A stretch of 64,000 bases of DNA from assembly GCA_041484665.1 (NCBI GenBank), contig JBGPIA010000001.1, positions 813,296 through 877,295 of the forward strand, written 5' to 3'. The translations under genes were made by a program, and so were the position numbers. Position 1 is the first letter of the stretch; each line of letters starts with the position of its first letter. Shown here one piece after another: positions 9,861 to 18,901 of this stretch. This stretch comes from Candidatus Krumholzibacteriia bacterium (GTDB taxonomy: Bacteria; Krumholzibacteriota; Krumholzibacteriia; JAJRXK01). Below the pieces are notes generated by a model that saw nothing but the letters and a program-made list of their open reading frames with translations, did not search any database and was not told the origin of the DNA.

Positions 9861-12470
9861 TCAGCGTGTGTCCGCTCCGTCCTCGATCTGCAGCGGCTCC
9901 ATCATCATCAGCGGCCGGCCCCGCGCTTCTAGCAGGTGGCTCCAGAAGATCGACTCGGCCTGCGGCCCGATTCCACAAGATTCCTCGGCAGCGATGGCAT
10001 CCTCCACGGATAGCGCGCCGGCCAAGTTGCCCGGAAAGCCAGCGCCTGGAGAGTCACCCGCGCCGCGCACATCGCCCACAGCCAGCTGGAACAGCTTCGG
10101 GCGCAGAGCCTCCAGATTCAGCATCCCAATCGATGGCGCCTCAGTCAGCACGACGCGCCGCGCCACGGGGATCCCCGCCCGCTCCTTTGCGATGCGCAGC
10201 GCGTCCCACAGGCCACCCAGGTCGTCCACCAGTTTCAACCCTTGCGCGCGGGTCCCGCTCCACACGCGCCCCTGCCCGATCGAGTCCACATAGGCCGCCG
10301 GGAGCTTGCGCGCCGCGGCGACCTTGACGACGAAATCATGGTACTCGTTGCGCAGCAGCGTTTCGGCGCGCTCGCGCTCCTTGGGGGTCAGCGGGCGCTC
10401 CGGCAGCACCTGACCGATCCCGGGCAGCATGATCCCCTGATACAGGTCGGCATGGGGCCCGCGCTTCACGCCGTCGTACGTCAATCCAAGCTTGCGGCCC
10501 AGCGAGTCGTTCCAGGCGTGTCCGCCGATCACGCCGATGGAGCCCGTGATCGAGATCGGCGCGGACACGATGCGATCGCCCGGCATGCTGATCCAGTACC
10601 CACCCGATGCCGCCGCTTGGCCTTGCGATACGATCACGGGCTTGCGCTTGGCGGTCTGCGCGACCTCGCGCGCCACGACGTCGCTGGCCATTCCGTCGCC
10701 ACCCGGAGAGTCGACGCGCAGCACCACCGCTTTCACGCCGCGGTCCTCGCGCGCGCGCCGGAACACTCCCGCCAGCTCCCGCGCCCGGATCCCGGTGTCC
10801 ATGTCGCACGGTCCGATCGCGTACAGCACCGCGATCCGCGCCGGCTCCCCCCACTCCAGGGGTCCCCACACGGGGTCGCCGAGCACGCGCCCCAGCTGCG
10901 CTGCAAAGGCGTCGCCACCGGCCCGGCGCCCCGCAGTCCGCGCCGCCTTCACCGTCTGCTCCCATGTCCCCAACGAATCGACCAGCCCCGCCGCGAGCGC
11001 GTCTTCGGCCGTCAGGAAACCCTGTCGATCGAGGATCTCCTCCCAGCGCTCGCGCGGGATGGCCCGCGCCGCGGTGAGCGCCGACACCGCCGTTTCGTAC
11101 ATGTCGTCGATCAGGGCTTGACGCTGCTCGCGATCGGCGGGCGACATCGAGGTGCGCGAGTAGCTCTCCATTGCGGACTTGTACTTGAAGAAACGCCACT
11201 CATCCACGCCAATCCCCACCTTGTCGGCCGCATTCTTGTAATACGTACGGCCGGTCGCCAGCCCCAGCAGGTGCAGATCGCCGTAGGGATCCATCCATAT
11301 CTGGTCGGCGACCGAGGCGAGCATGGTCTCGAACAGCCCCCCGCGGTCCAGGTAGACGATCACCTTCTTGCCGGCTGCGCGCAGGCCGGCCAGCTGCGCG
11401 CGCAGCTCCCACTGCAGCTCCGGCGTGACGCGCATCCCGGAGAGATTCACGACCAGCCCACCCACGTTCGGATCGGCGGCAGCGCGCTCGATCGCGGCCA
11501 GCGTGGAGAGCAGCGTGCGGCGCCGGTCGAAGAACCGGTAGCGCCGGTAGGTCATCGGGCCGTTGAGGTCCAGCGTGGGGAAACGGTGCCCGCGGGGCCG
11601 CAATCCGCGTGCGCCACGTGCAGCGGGCGGACCGTACTCCAGCGCCCAGGTCGAGGCGATGCGGTGGCCGTCGTTGTCCAGGTGCGGCCGCCACGAGACG
11701 TGGTCGCGTGGGCTCAGCCCCAGCGTGACCCCCAGGCTCACCTCACCCGTGCTCAGCGCCTTGGCAGCGAGCGTGAGCTTGGGCGTGATCTCCGCGCGCA
11801 CACCGTAGCCCGTGTGGATGTCCGCGAAGGCGTCGCCCTTGCGGCAGACGGCATCGCCGAACAGCGTCAGGCGCGGTCCCAGGGGACGCAGACCCAGATC
11901 GACCTGCTGCTCGTTGCTGCTGCGCTGCAGATCCCAGAGCGAAGCGACTCCGACCGAGACCACCCGCCAGCGGCCGACCACCCCCGCGGTGAGCCGGCCA
12001 TCCCGCTGCGCGCCGCCGGGCAGCGGGCCGCCCGGGACCCAGGCGTACGACATGCCGATGGTCGCAGTGCGGCGGCCAGCGCTGAGGCCCAGCGTGTACT
12101 CGTCGAGACTGCTGCCACCGATCTCGCCCGCCGGCCCTGGAAATCGCAGCTGGCGCCACCCGAAGCCCAGGTAGCGCAGTGAGACCGCGCCCGCCCATGC
12201 CTTGCGATCGCTGTGCGCGAGATCGTCCCAGCTGAGGTAGGCTCCCCAGCTGTGCTGCATCGCCCACGCCGCGGGGTTGAAGACGCCCGCGAGCGCGCTG
12301 TTCGCGGTGCCCGGAGTGTCGACCAGGATCTGGGTCTCACGCGGCAGGTCGGGCAGGCCGCCGTTGTCAGCAGCCCACGCTGCGGGCACCCCGGGAAGGA
12401 ACGCAGCGAGAACGAGCAGAACGACCGTCGCGAGCGCCGTCGCGCGCCCGACGCTGGCGAAGCAGACCAT
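9861..12470 (-). CDS. sppA: Signal peptide peptidase SppA (protease IV, 67K type with two S49 domains) carrying a ~300-aa N-terminal extension
   Basis: Two S49 modules: ...GLVVNLSGMRVTPELQWELRAQLAGLRAAGKKVIVYLD... and ...SQGQAAASGGYWISMPGDRIVSAPISITGSIGVIG.... N-terminal signal peptide MVCFASVGRATALATVVLLVLAAFLPGVPAAWA. Stop TGA. Confidence 0.85.
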   Translation of the reverse strand: MVCFASVGRATALATVVLLVLAAFLPGVPAAWAADNGGLPDLPRETQILVDTPGTANSALAGVFNPAAWAMQHSWGAYLSWDDLAHSDRKAWAGAVSLRYLGFGWRQLRFPGPAGEIGGSSLDEYTLGLSAGRRTATIGMSYAWVPGGPLPGGAQRDGRLTAGVVGRWRVVSVGVASLWDLQRSSNEQQVDLGLRPLGPRLTLFGDAVCRKGDAFADIHTGYGVRAEITPKLTLAAKALSTGEVSLGVTLGLSPRDHVSWRPHLDNDGHRIASTWALEYGPPAARGARGLRPRGHRFPTLDLNGPMTYRRYRFFDRRRTLLSTLAAIERAAADPNVGGLVVNLSGMRVTPELQWELRAQLAGLRAAGKKVIVYLDRGGLFETMLASVADQIWMDPYGDLHLLGLATGRTYYKNAADKVGIGVDEWRFFKYKSAMESYSRTSMSPADREQRQALIDDMYETAVSALTAARAIPRERWEEILDRQGFLTAEDALAAGLVDSLGTWEQTVKAARTAGRRAGGDAFAAQLGRVLGDPVWGPLEWGEPARIAVLYAIGPCDMDTGIRARELAGVFRRAREDRGVKAVVLRVDSPGGDGMASDVVAREVAQTAKRKPVIVSQGQAAASGGYWISMPGDRIVSAPISITGSIGVIGGHAWNDSLGRKLGLTYDGVKRGPHADLYQGIMLPGIGQVLPERPLTPKERERAETLLRNEYHDFVVKVAAARKLPAAYVDSIGQGRVWSGTRAQGLKLVDDLGGLWDALRIAKERAGIPVARRVVLTEAPSIGMLNLEALRPKLFQLAVGDVRGAGDSPGAGFPGNLAGALSVEDAIAAEESCGIGPQAESIFWSHLLEARGRPLMMMEPLQIEDGADTR

Positions 12471-12704
12471 GGCTCCTCCTGTAACCCGGGCGCGCTATGG
12501 GACGTCTAGGGGGGTGCCGATCGACGTGAGAGCTTTCAGCGCGGCGGCGGCGGGACGGGCCGGCCACCGGCTCCCGGGGCGTAGACTAGCGGCCGCGACC
12601 GGTCCGTTCAAGGGAACGTCGGCGCGCAGGGCGCCTGACGTGGCGCGGGCGCGGGAGAGGATGAACGCGTGGAGCGATTGCCCCGAGGCCTCGCGCGGGC
12701 GGCC

Positions 12705-13916
12705 ATGACGATCAAGGCCTCAGGGCCTGGGCGGCGGCCGTCCGCACGGCTGGGCATCCTGCCTTCCCGACGGGCGCGGGGCGCGACCGTGCTGCCGCGC
12801 CTCGCGCAGCTGCCGCCGCTGACGCTGCCGGCGCTGCTGGCGGCACCGGCGCTGCTCGCGGCGCTGGCGCTGGCCACCTCGCCGGCGGCCGCGGGATCCT
12901 CCCTGGATCTGGGCGCCGCGGGCGCAGGACTGAGCATCGGCAACTCGGCGCGCTGGGACGGGCTGCGCATCAACTTCAGCGACCGTGACGTCGAGCGCGT
13001 GAACGGTCTCAACCTCACGCTCTGGAAGGCGCGCCGCAATCGACATTTCCGTCTCGACGGCGTCGGCGTGGGCCTGCTGGGGCCCGGCGTGCACGTACTG
13101 CACGGCGTGGCGATCGGTGGCTTGGGTGTAGCGGCGGACGAGCTTTGGGGCATTGCGCTGGCGCCGATCGGCGTCGGTGGCGAGAGCCTCAGCGGTATCG
13201 TGATCGGCGGCATTGGTGCGGGGGCCCAGGAGAGCGCTCGGGGCCTGATGATCGGCGGCGTCGGGGCGGGCGCCGGCCGGGACATGATCGGGATCGGCAT
13301 CGGCGGGGTCGGCGTGGGCGCCGGCGGGAATATGGACGGCCTCGTGATCGGCGGTCTGGCCTGCGGGGCCGGGGAGAGCTTCCGGGGCATCGCCATCGGC
13401 GGGCTGGGCTGCGGGGCGGGCGAGGATCTCACGGGAATCGCGCTGGGGGGTGTGGGCGTCGGGGCGGGAGAGAACGTCAAGGGGCTGGTGGTGGGGGCCG
13501 TCGCAGCGGGCGCCGGCCGCAACCTCGCGGGCATCGGCATCGGCGGGATCGCGGTCGGCGCTGGCGATGAGCTGCGTGGGCTGGGGATCGCGGGCCTCGC
13601 CGTCGGAGCAGGCGATGAGCTGCGCGGGTTGGGAATCGGTGGGCTGGTCGTGGGCGCGACCACGTTGACGGGCGCCGGGATCGGAGGGCTCATGGTGTAC
13701 ACGCGCACGCTTCGCGGAGTGGGCGTGGCTCCGTACGTCCGCGCTAGCGATGAACTCCACGGTGTCGGCATCGCGCTGCTGAACTACGCGGTGCGGCTGC
13801 GCGGCGTGCAGATCGGAGCCCTCAACTACGCCGGCAACAATCCCTGGCCATTCAAGTTCCTGCCGCTGCTCAACGTGCACATCGACCGGCACGGCCCGGG
13901 ACGCAGACGGACGTAA
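12705..13916 (+). CDS. Secreted glycine-rich tandem-repeat protein (about 14 repeats of 16 aa, consensus G-[IL]-x-I-G-G-[IL]-G-V-G-A-G-x-x-[LM]-x), C-terminal LNYA...GVQIGALNYAGNNPW module
   Basis: Signal peptide ...LPALLAAPALLAALALATSPAAAG. The repeat is seen directly in the translation. Strand was chosen because the + frame has a signal peptide and a regular repeat, whereas the antisense frames give Pro/Thr/Arg-rich strings. Stop TAA. Confidence 0.6.
   Translation: MTIKASGPGRRPSARLGILPSRRARGATVLPRLAQLPPLTLPALLAAPALLAALALATSPAAAGSSLDLGAAGAGLSIGNSARWDGLRINFSDRDVERVNGLNLTLWKARRNRHFRLDGVGVGLLGPGVHVLHGVAIGGLGVAADELWGIALAPIGVGGESLSGIVIGGIGAGAQESARGLMIGGVGAGAGRDMIGIGIGGVGVGAGGNMDGLVIGGLACGAGESFRGIAIGGLGCGAGEDLTGIALGGVGVGAGENVKGLVVGAVAAGAGRNLAGIGIGGIAVGAGDELRGLGIAGLAVGAGDELRGLGIGGLVVGATTLTGAGIGGLMVYTRTLRGVGVAPYVRASDELHGVGIALLNYAVRLRGVQIGALNYAGNNPWPFKFLPLLNVHIDRHGPGRRRT
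13146..13854 (+). repeat. 48-nt coding tandem repeat array (inside the Gly-rich protein); all six frames stay open across it
   Basis: Periodic GGC-rich 48-nt unit. Three overlapping ORF-track entries of >380 aa (12608-13771 -, 12669-13916 +, 12720-13892 -). Confidence 0.7.
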
Positions 13917-13922
13917 CGGCCG

Positions 13923-14720
13923 CTACTTCACCAGGCGTCGGCGCATCAGCACCAACGCCAGTGCCGAGACAAAAAGCGCCGCGCCCGCCAGGTAGGCCAG
14001 GCTCGCCGCCCAGTGGGGTGGCGCCTGCCCCAGGCACGCCCCGCGCGCCAGGGCTGCCACGTGCGTGAGCGGCAGCACGCGCGCCACGCGCAGCGCCCAA
14101 CCCGGCAGGGTCTCGAGCGGGAAGAACGTCCCGCTGAACAGGAACATCGGGAACACCAGCAGGAAGATCGGCAGGTTGAAGCCGTCGATGGACGGCGAGA
14201 GCGCGGTCGTGACCAGCCCCAGCCCGGCGAACAACAGGCCGCCCAGCACGGCCAGCGGCACGATCAGCGCGCCGGCGGGCCACGCCACGAGCCCCAGCGC
14301 CGTCAGCACCCCCAGCATGATCGAGGCGGCCAGCAGCGACTTGGTGGCCCCCCATAGCCATTCTCCGGCGATCACGTCCTCGACCAGGAGCGGCGTCGCT
14401 ACGATCGCGTCGAAGGTCCGCTGGTAGTACATGCGTATGAACGAGGCGTAGGTCGTCTCGAAGTACGCGTTGTACATGATCGCCACCGCGATCAGGCCGG
14501 GCGCCATGAAGCGCACGTAGCTCAGCTGCTGCCCGAGGTAGGTCACGGTACCGATCAGGCGGCCCAGGCCGAGCCCGAACGCGACCACGTAAAGGATCGG
14601 CTCCAGCAGCGGCGGCAGGAAGCTGAGCAGCCAGGTCTTGCGGAACACGCCCGCGTGCCGCTGCCAGACACGCAGGCTGCGGCGCGAAACGTGCGTGAAG
14701 GTGCGCCACCCGCCGTCCAC
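13923..14720 (-). CDS. ABC-2 type transporter permease
   Basis: Six predicted TM segments, ABC-2 signature region. Stop TAG. Located 4 nt downstream of the ATPase gene. Confidence 0.85.
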   Translation of the reverse strand: MDGGWRTFTHVSRRSLRVWQRHAGVFRKTWLLSFLPPLLEPILYVVAFGLGLGRLIGTVTYLGQQLSYVRFMAPGLIAVAIMYNAYFETTYASFIRMYYQRTFDAIVATPLLVEDVIAGEWLWGATKSLLAASIMLGVLTALGLVAWPAGALIVPLAVLGGLLFAGLGLVTTALSPSIDGFNLPIFLLVFPMFLFSGTFFPLETLPGWALRVARVLPLTHVAALARGACLGQAPPHWAASLAYLAGAALFVSALALVLMRRRLVK

Positions 14721-14723
14721 GAC

Positions 14724-15677
14724 TCATTCCTTCAGCGCACGCCCGGCACGCAGCAGGAAGACGTCCTCCAGCGTGGCGTGGCGGATGAGCCGCGGCTGAT
14801 GCGGGAAGCGATCGCCGATCGCCGCGGCGATGCCGTCGCCGCCGCGATCGTAGAGGAAGAGGCGCTCCTCAGCCTCCTCCGCCGGCCAGCCGGCCGCACG
14901 GACGAAGCTCCGCACCTCGTCGGTGAGCTCCCACAGCTCCACGACTTCGCGGCCGGCCTCGCGGGCGACCAGCTCGCCCGGCGTGCCCTGCAGCAGGATG
15001 CGCCCGTTGTCCATGAGGATCACGCGGTCGCAGAGCTGGCTCGCCTCCTCCATGTAGTGGGTCGTCAGGAGCGCGGTCACCCCCTCGCTCTTGAGCTGGC
15101 GGACACGCTGCCAGATGAGGTGGCGGGCCTGGGGATCGAGCCCGGTGGTCGGTTCGTCGAGGATCAGCAGCCGTGGGTGGTTCATGAGGGCGCGCGCCAG
15201 GATCAGCCTCCGCTTCATGCCGCCGGACAGCTCCGCGATCTTGGCGCGGGCTTTCTCGGTGAGCTGCATCAGCTCCAGCAGCTCGTCGGCGCGCCGGGTC
15301 GCGGTCGCGCGCGGCAGGTCGTGGTAGCGGCCGTAGAGCAGCAGGTTCTGCCGCACGTTGAAGTCGGGGTCGAGGTTGTCCTCCTGCGGACAGATTCCCA
15401 GTAGCGCCTTCACCACGCGCGGGCGCTGCGTGACGTCGAGACCGAAGATGCGCACCGATCCTGCGCTGATGGGAGTGAAGCACGACACCATCCGCACGGT
15501 GGTGGTCTTGCCGGCTCCGTTGGGGCCCAGGAAACCCACGCACTCGCCGGCCTGAACCTGGAAATCGATGCCTGCGACCGCGGTGAACGAGCCGTAGCGC
15601 TTGGTGAGCCCGCTGGCGGCAATCGGAATGCCGGAGACAGCGAGCGGACTCGAGGGGATCGCAGCTGCGGGGAACAT
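14724..15677 (-). CDS. ABC transporter ATP-binding protein (DrrA/NodI-like)
   Basis: Walker A GPNGAGKTT, signature LSGGMKRRL, Walker B LLILDEPTTGLD. Confidence 0.9.
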   Translation of the reverse strand: MFPAAAIPSSPLAVSGIPIAASGLTKRYGSFTAVAGIDFQVQAGECVGFLGPNGAGKTTTVRMVSCFTPISAGSVRIFGLDVTQRPRVVKALLGICPQEDNLDPDFNVRQNLLLYGRYHDLPRATATRRADELLELMQLTEKARAKIAELSGGMKRRLILARALMNHPRLLILDEPTTGLDPQARHLIWQRVRQLKSEGVTALLTTHYMEEASQLCDRVILMDNGRILLQGTPGELVAREAGREVVELWELTDEVRSFVRAAGWPAEEAEERLFLYDRGGDGIAAAIGDRFPHQPRLIRHATLEDVFLLRAGRALKE

Positions 15678-15813
15678 GGCCGGCTAGCCTATCAAGACAG
15701 CGCGGCCGCAGGGAACGAAAAACCCCGCTGCGAGCCTGGATCGCGGCGGGGTGCGGGGCTCGAGCGCGTGCGTCCCAGCCCCGGTGACTCTCCCTCGTCT
15801 GGTGCTTCTCCTC

Positions 15814-16872
15814 CTACTTCTCCTTGTCCTTGCGCAGCTGCTCGAGTTGTTGCCGCAGCTCGTCGAGCTGGCTTTGGAGCTTCTCCAGTGACTCGTGAAG
15901 GTCCTTTTGATCGCTGTCGCTGCGGAACTCGTAGACGTGAGCGTCGGGCGACAGCTCCCGCATCCGGCCCAGGCCCCGCAGGCCGCGCAGCTGGTCCCGC
16001 AATGAGTTGGCCCAAGGCTCGTCGTTGCCATGGAACCGCTGGGCGTTGGGGAGGTCGGAGACCTCCACGTCATCGCCCATGCGAGCGCTCACCTCGACGT
16101 CCTTGTCCATGCGGTGCTTGTCGCGCATCACGGTCACCTTGACCTTGTCGCCGTCCTCGTGCTTGCCCAGCACGTCGTGCAGGCCGTTCCAGTCCTTCAT
16201 CGCCTTGCCGTCGACCTCCACGATCACATCCCCCTCCTCCAGGCCGGCCTTCGCCGCCGGGGAGTCCTCGTGCACCCGGAGAACGAGCAGCCCCTCGTCG
16301 GTGCCGAAGTAGTGCCCGAGCTTCGGCGTGATCTCCTGCACCTCCACGCCCATCATCGGCGTCGAGGACATGAAGATCATCTTGCGCGGGCCGCGCTCGA
16401 CACGGTCGGAGCGATCCGAGCGGTCAGAGCGATCGGCGTCGTCGGATTCGGCCGAGCGTTCCCGAACGCTGTCCGGGCGGCTGCCCAGGACGATCTCCGC
16501 CTTGCCCGCCTTGCCCTTGCGGATGAACTTGAGGGTGACCTTAGCGTCGGGCGCGAGCACGCCGATGGCGCTCTGCATCTCCTGAGGCTCGCGGACCCGC
16601 TCGGAGCCCACGGTGGTGATCACGTCGCCGCGCTGGATTCCGGCTTTGTCGGCGGGGCTATCCTTCTCCACCCCGCTGATCAGCACGCCGCGCTGATTCT
16701 CGGCGATGCCGAAGGACTCCATGAGGTTCTGATCGAGGGCCTGGAGCTGGACGCCGAGATAGGCCGTTCCCTCTGCCGCCGCCGCGAGCCCGCTCCAGGC
16801 GAGCGCCGACAGCAGCAGGGCGGGCAGCAGCAGGGTCGCAGGCCGCCGGCCCAGAAGATTCTTGTAAACCAT
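15814..16872 (-). CDS. Periplasmic protein with two PDZ domains and a C-terminal coiled-coil (no protease domain)
   Basis: Signal peptide. PDZ motifs GVLISGVEKDSPADKAGIQRGDVI and LLVLRVHEDSPAAKAGLEEGDVIVEVDG. SDRSDRSDR low-complexity linker. Stop TAG. Confidence 0.8.
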   Translation of the reverse strand: MVYKNLLGRRPATLLLPALLLSALAWSGLAAAAEGTAYLGVQLQALDQNLMESFGIAENQRGVLISGVEKDSPADKAGIQRGDVITTVGSERVREPQEMQSAIGVLAPDAKVTLKFIRKGKAGKAEIVLGSRPDSVRERSAESDDADRSDRSDRSDRVERGPRKMIFMSSTPMMGVEVQEITPKLGHYFGTDEGLLVLRVHEDSPAAKAGLEEGDVIVEVDGKAMKDWNGLHDVLGKHEDGDKVKVTVMRDKHRMDKDVEVSARMGDDVEVSDLPNAQRFHGNDEPWANSLRDQLRGLRGLGRMRELSPDAHVYEFRSDSDQKDLHESLEKLQSQLDELRQQLEQLRKDKEK

Positions 16873-17215
16873 CGTCTGCCTCCTCCATCAGGCCGAGGAT
16901 GTTCGTGCCGGGCGCCCGTCGGGGGCCGGCGCCCCCTCCACCATGCACCTCCTACGCTAGCGCGAGCGGCGAGTTCCACGGCCCACAGTCCACGGCAGGA
17001 GTGCCCATGACCCGAATCGCCGCCCGGGTTGCGCTCGACGGCGCGATGGCGCTAGATCAATGGTGGCCTCCCCCGGCGGCCACCTGACCCAGGAGCCCGC
17101 AATGGCCACTGTGCCCAACGGCCGCGATCTGCCCGAGATCCCCGACTTGCCCGACCGCCGGGGCATGGCCCGCGGGCGCGGCCGTACCGACAGACCCGGC
17201 AGCGCCGCCTCATCC

Positions 17216-17260
17216 GACCGTCCTGATCGTCCCGACCGTCCCGACCGTCCCGACCTGCCC
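17216..17260. repeat. Imperfect 9-bp tandem repeat (gaccgtccc)x5 in the PDZ/GNAT divergent intergenic region
   Basis: Seen in the sequence. It would encode DRPDRPDRPD if the GNAT ORF started further upstream. Confidence 0.55.
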
Positions 17261-17296
17261 GGCAGGCCGGCTCTCCCTGATGCGCCCATCACGCTG

Positions 17297-17752
17297 ATGC
17301 AAGCCACCGGCCCGTCGCAGGTGGAACAAGCCCGCACCCTTTTCCGGGAGTACCAGGCCGACCTGGGGATCGACCTCTGCTTCCAGGGATTCCAGAAGGA
17401 GCTCGACGGCCTGCCCGGGGAGTACGCCCCGCCGGGTGGGCGTTTACTGCTGGCGCTCGCGGGCGACGCCGTCGCCGGATGCGTGGCGCTGCGGCGGATC
17501 ACCGATCAGACCTGCGAGATGAAACGGTTGTTCGTGCGACCACAGCACCGCGGCAGGGGAATCGGCCGACTGCTGGCCGAGGCGGTGATCGGACAGGCGC
17601 GGGCGCTGGGCTACGACGCCATGCGCCTGGACACGTTGCCCTCGATGCGCACGGCGGTGGCAATGTACCGCGAGCTGGGTTTCGTCGAGATCGATCCCTA
17701 CCGGCACAACCCAGTCCCCGGCGCATTGTTCTTGGAGCGCACTCTGCGGTAG
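17297..17752 (+). CDS. GNAT family N-acetyltransferase
   Basis: Acetyl-CoA binding motif RPQHRGRGIGRLL. The start was chosen at MQATGPSQ (~150 aa, typical GNAT size); an upstream start at 17060 is possible. Stop TAG. Confidence 0.75.
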   Translation: MQATGPSQVEQARTLFREYQADLGIDLCFQGFQKELDGLPGEYAPPGGRLLLALAGDAVAGCVALRRITDQTCEMKRLFVRPQHRGRGIGRLLAEAVIGQARALGYDAMRLDTLPSMRTAVAMYRELGFVEIDPYRHNPVPGALFLERTLR

Positions 17753-17981
17753 GACATCCCGCAGCCGCCATCACACGAGTGGCGATCATCAAGGACGCGT
17801 GTGCGGGCAACGCTGGATCTCGCCCGGGGGGCTCGTTACGGGTGCCGCACGACCAGGCCCTGATTGGCTTCGAGCGCTGTCATGGTGGTTCTCTAGCCCG
17901 ACGGCCAATCGACCGTCAACCGATCGACGCGCCTGGCCGTGCTCAGCCCGAAGTGCAGCGCCGCCGGGAATGCGCTGCCGT

Positions 17982-18898
17982 TCACCTGGCGTGGCCAATA
18001 CTGGCGGATCTGCCGGCGGCGATTCCCGGCTCGTCCGCCGAGATCAGGCCCGCGCCCGCTGGCTGCGCGAAGTGCCTGCCTCCGGTGTTGAGGAAGGTCC
18101 GATAACGCGACCGCATCCTGCCCCGGTGGGGTTGGAGCACGATCAGGTCGAGCGCTCCATTGTTGTCGAAATCAGCGGCCGCGCACTGCATTCCCGCGCC
18201 GTCGAGCGCCAGCATGGAATCGGCCGCTTCGGTGAAGTGCCCCGCGCGTCCGAAGAGCACGCGATTGCGGCGCGGCGGCGGGTCTGTGGCCGGGGCGTCG
18301 ACTTCACCGTAGTCGAAATAGAGATCGGGCCGGCCGTCGTCGTCGTAGTCCCCCCAGACGCCGGCCACCGGCGACCGGACGTAGGATTCCAGCGGCACCA
18401 GGTTCTACACGTAATCGCTGCGAGACCACTTCCCGGAGGCAGGCCCACCGCGTTCGAGCAGGCCAGCCACAGCCTCGTCGTCTGCTGGATCGACGCCGAA
18501 AACCTCGGACGCGCGGTCCCGCATGGGCGGGGGAGAGCGGAGGCAGTACGAGCGCATCGCGGTCTTGTAGTTGAGGACGAGCAGATCACGCGTCCCATCT
18601 CCATCGATATCGAGCATGAGAGCGCCCCGGCCCCGTCCGAAAGGATCCTGGATTCCCCACTGCAGCGCGACATCTCGCGCGTAGCCCTCCGCCCCGAGGT
18701 ACAACGCGTTGCTGTTGACGCCCTGACCTCGATCGGCGCCCACGAGGAACTAGAAGTCGGGAGTACCGTCGCCGTCGAGGTCGTCCACGAGGGTGGCGTG
18801 ATGGTCGAGGATCCTGATCTGGGCGCCCCACTCGGGCAGCCGGTCGCAGCGATGGCGAGGGCCGGGATGATACAGATGCAGGCGCGCGTCGGCACCGG
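17982..18898 (-). pseudogene. FG-GAP/VCBS-repeat (CRTAC1/ASPIC-like) protein pseudogene with two in-frame TAG codons and no UnbV_ASPIC C-terminal domain
   Basis: Continuous frame: ...LVDDLDGDGTPDF*FLVGADRGQ...LDIDGDGTRDLLVLN...KWSRSDYV*NLVPLESYVRSPVAGVWGDYDDDGRPDLYF...FDNNGALDLIVL.... The TAGs fall at ~18756 and 18405-18407. Confidence 0.6.
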
Positions 18899-18901
18899 CG
18901 G

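Noticed and set aside
10242-12182. 646-aa + strand ORF
   Set aside because: Antisense to sppA. Arg/His/Gln-rich nonsense.
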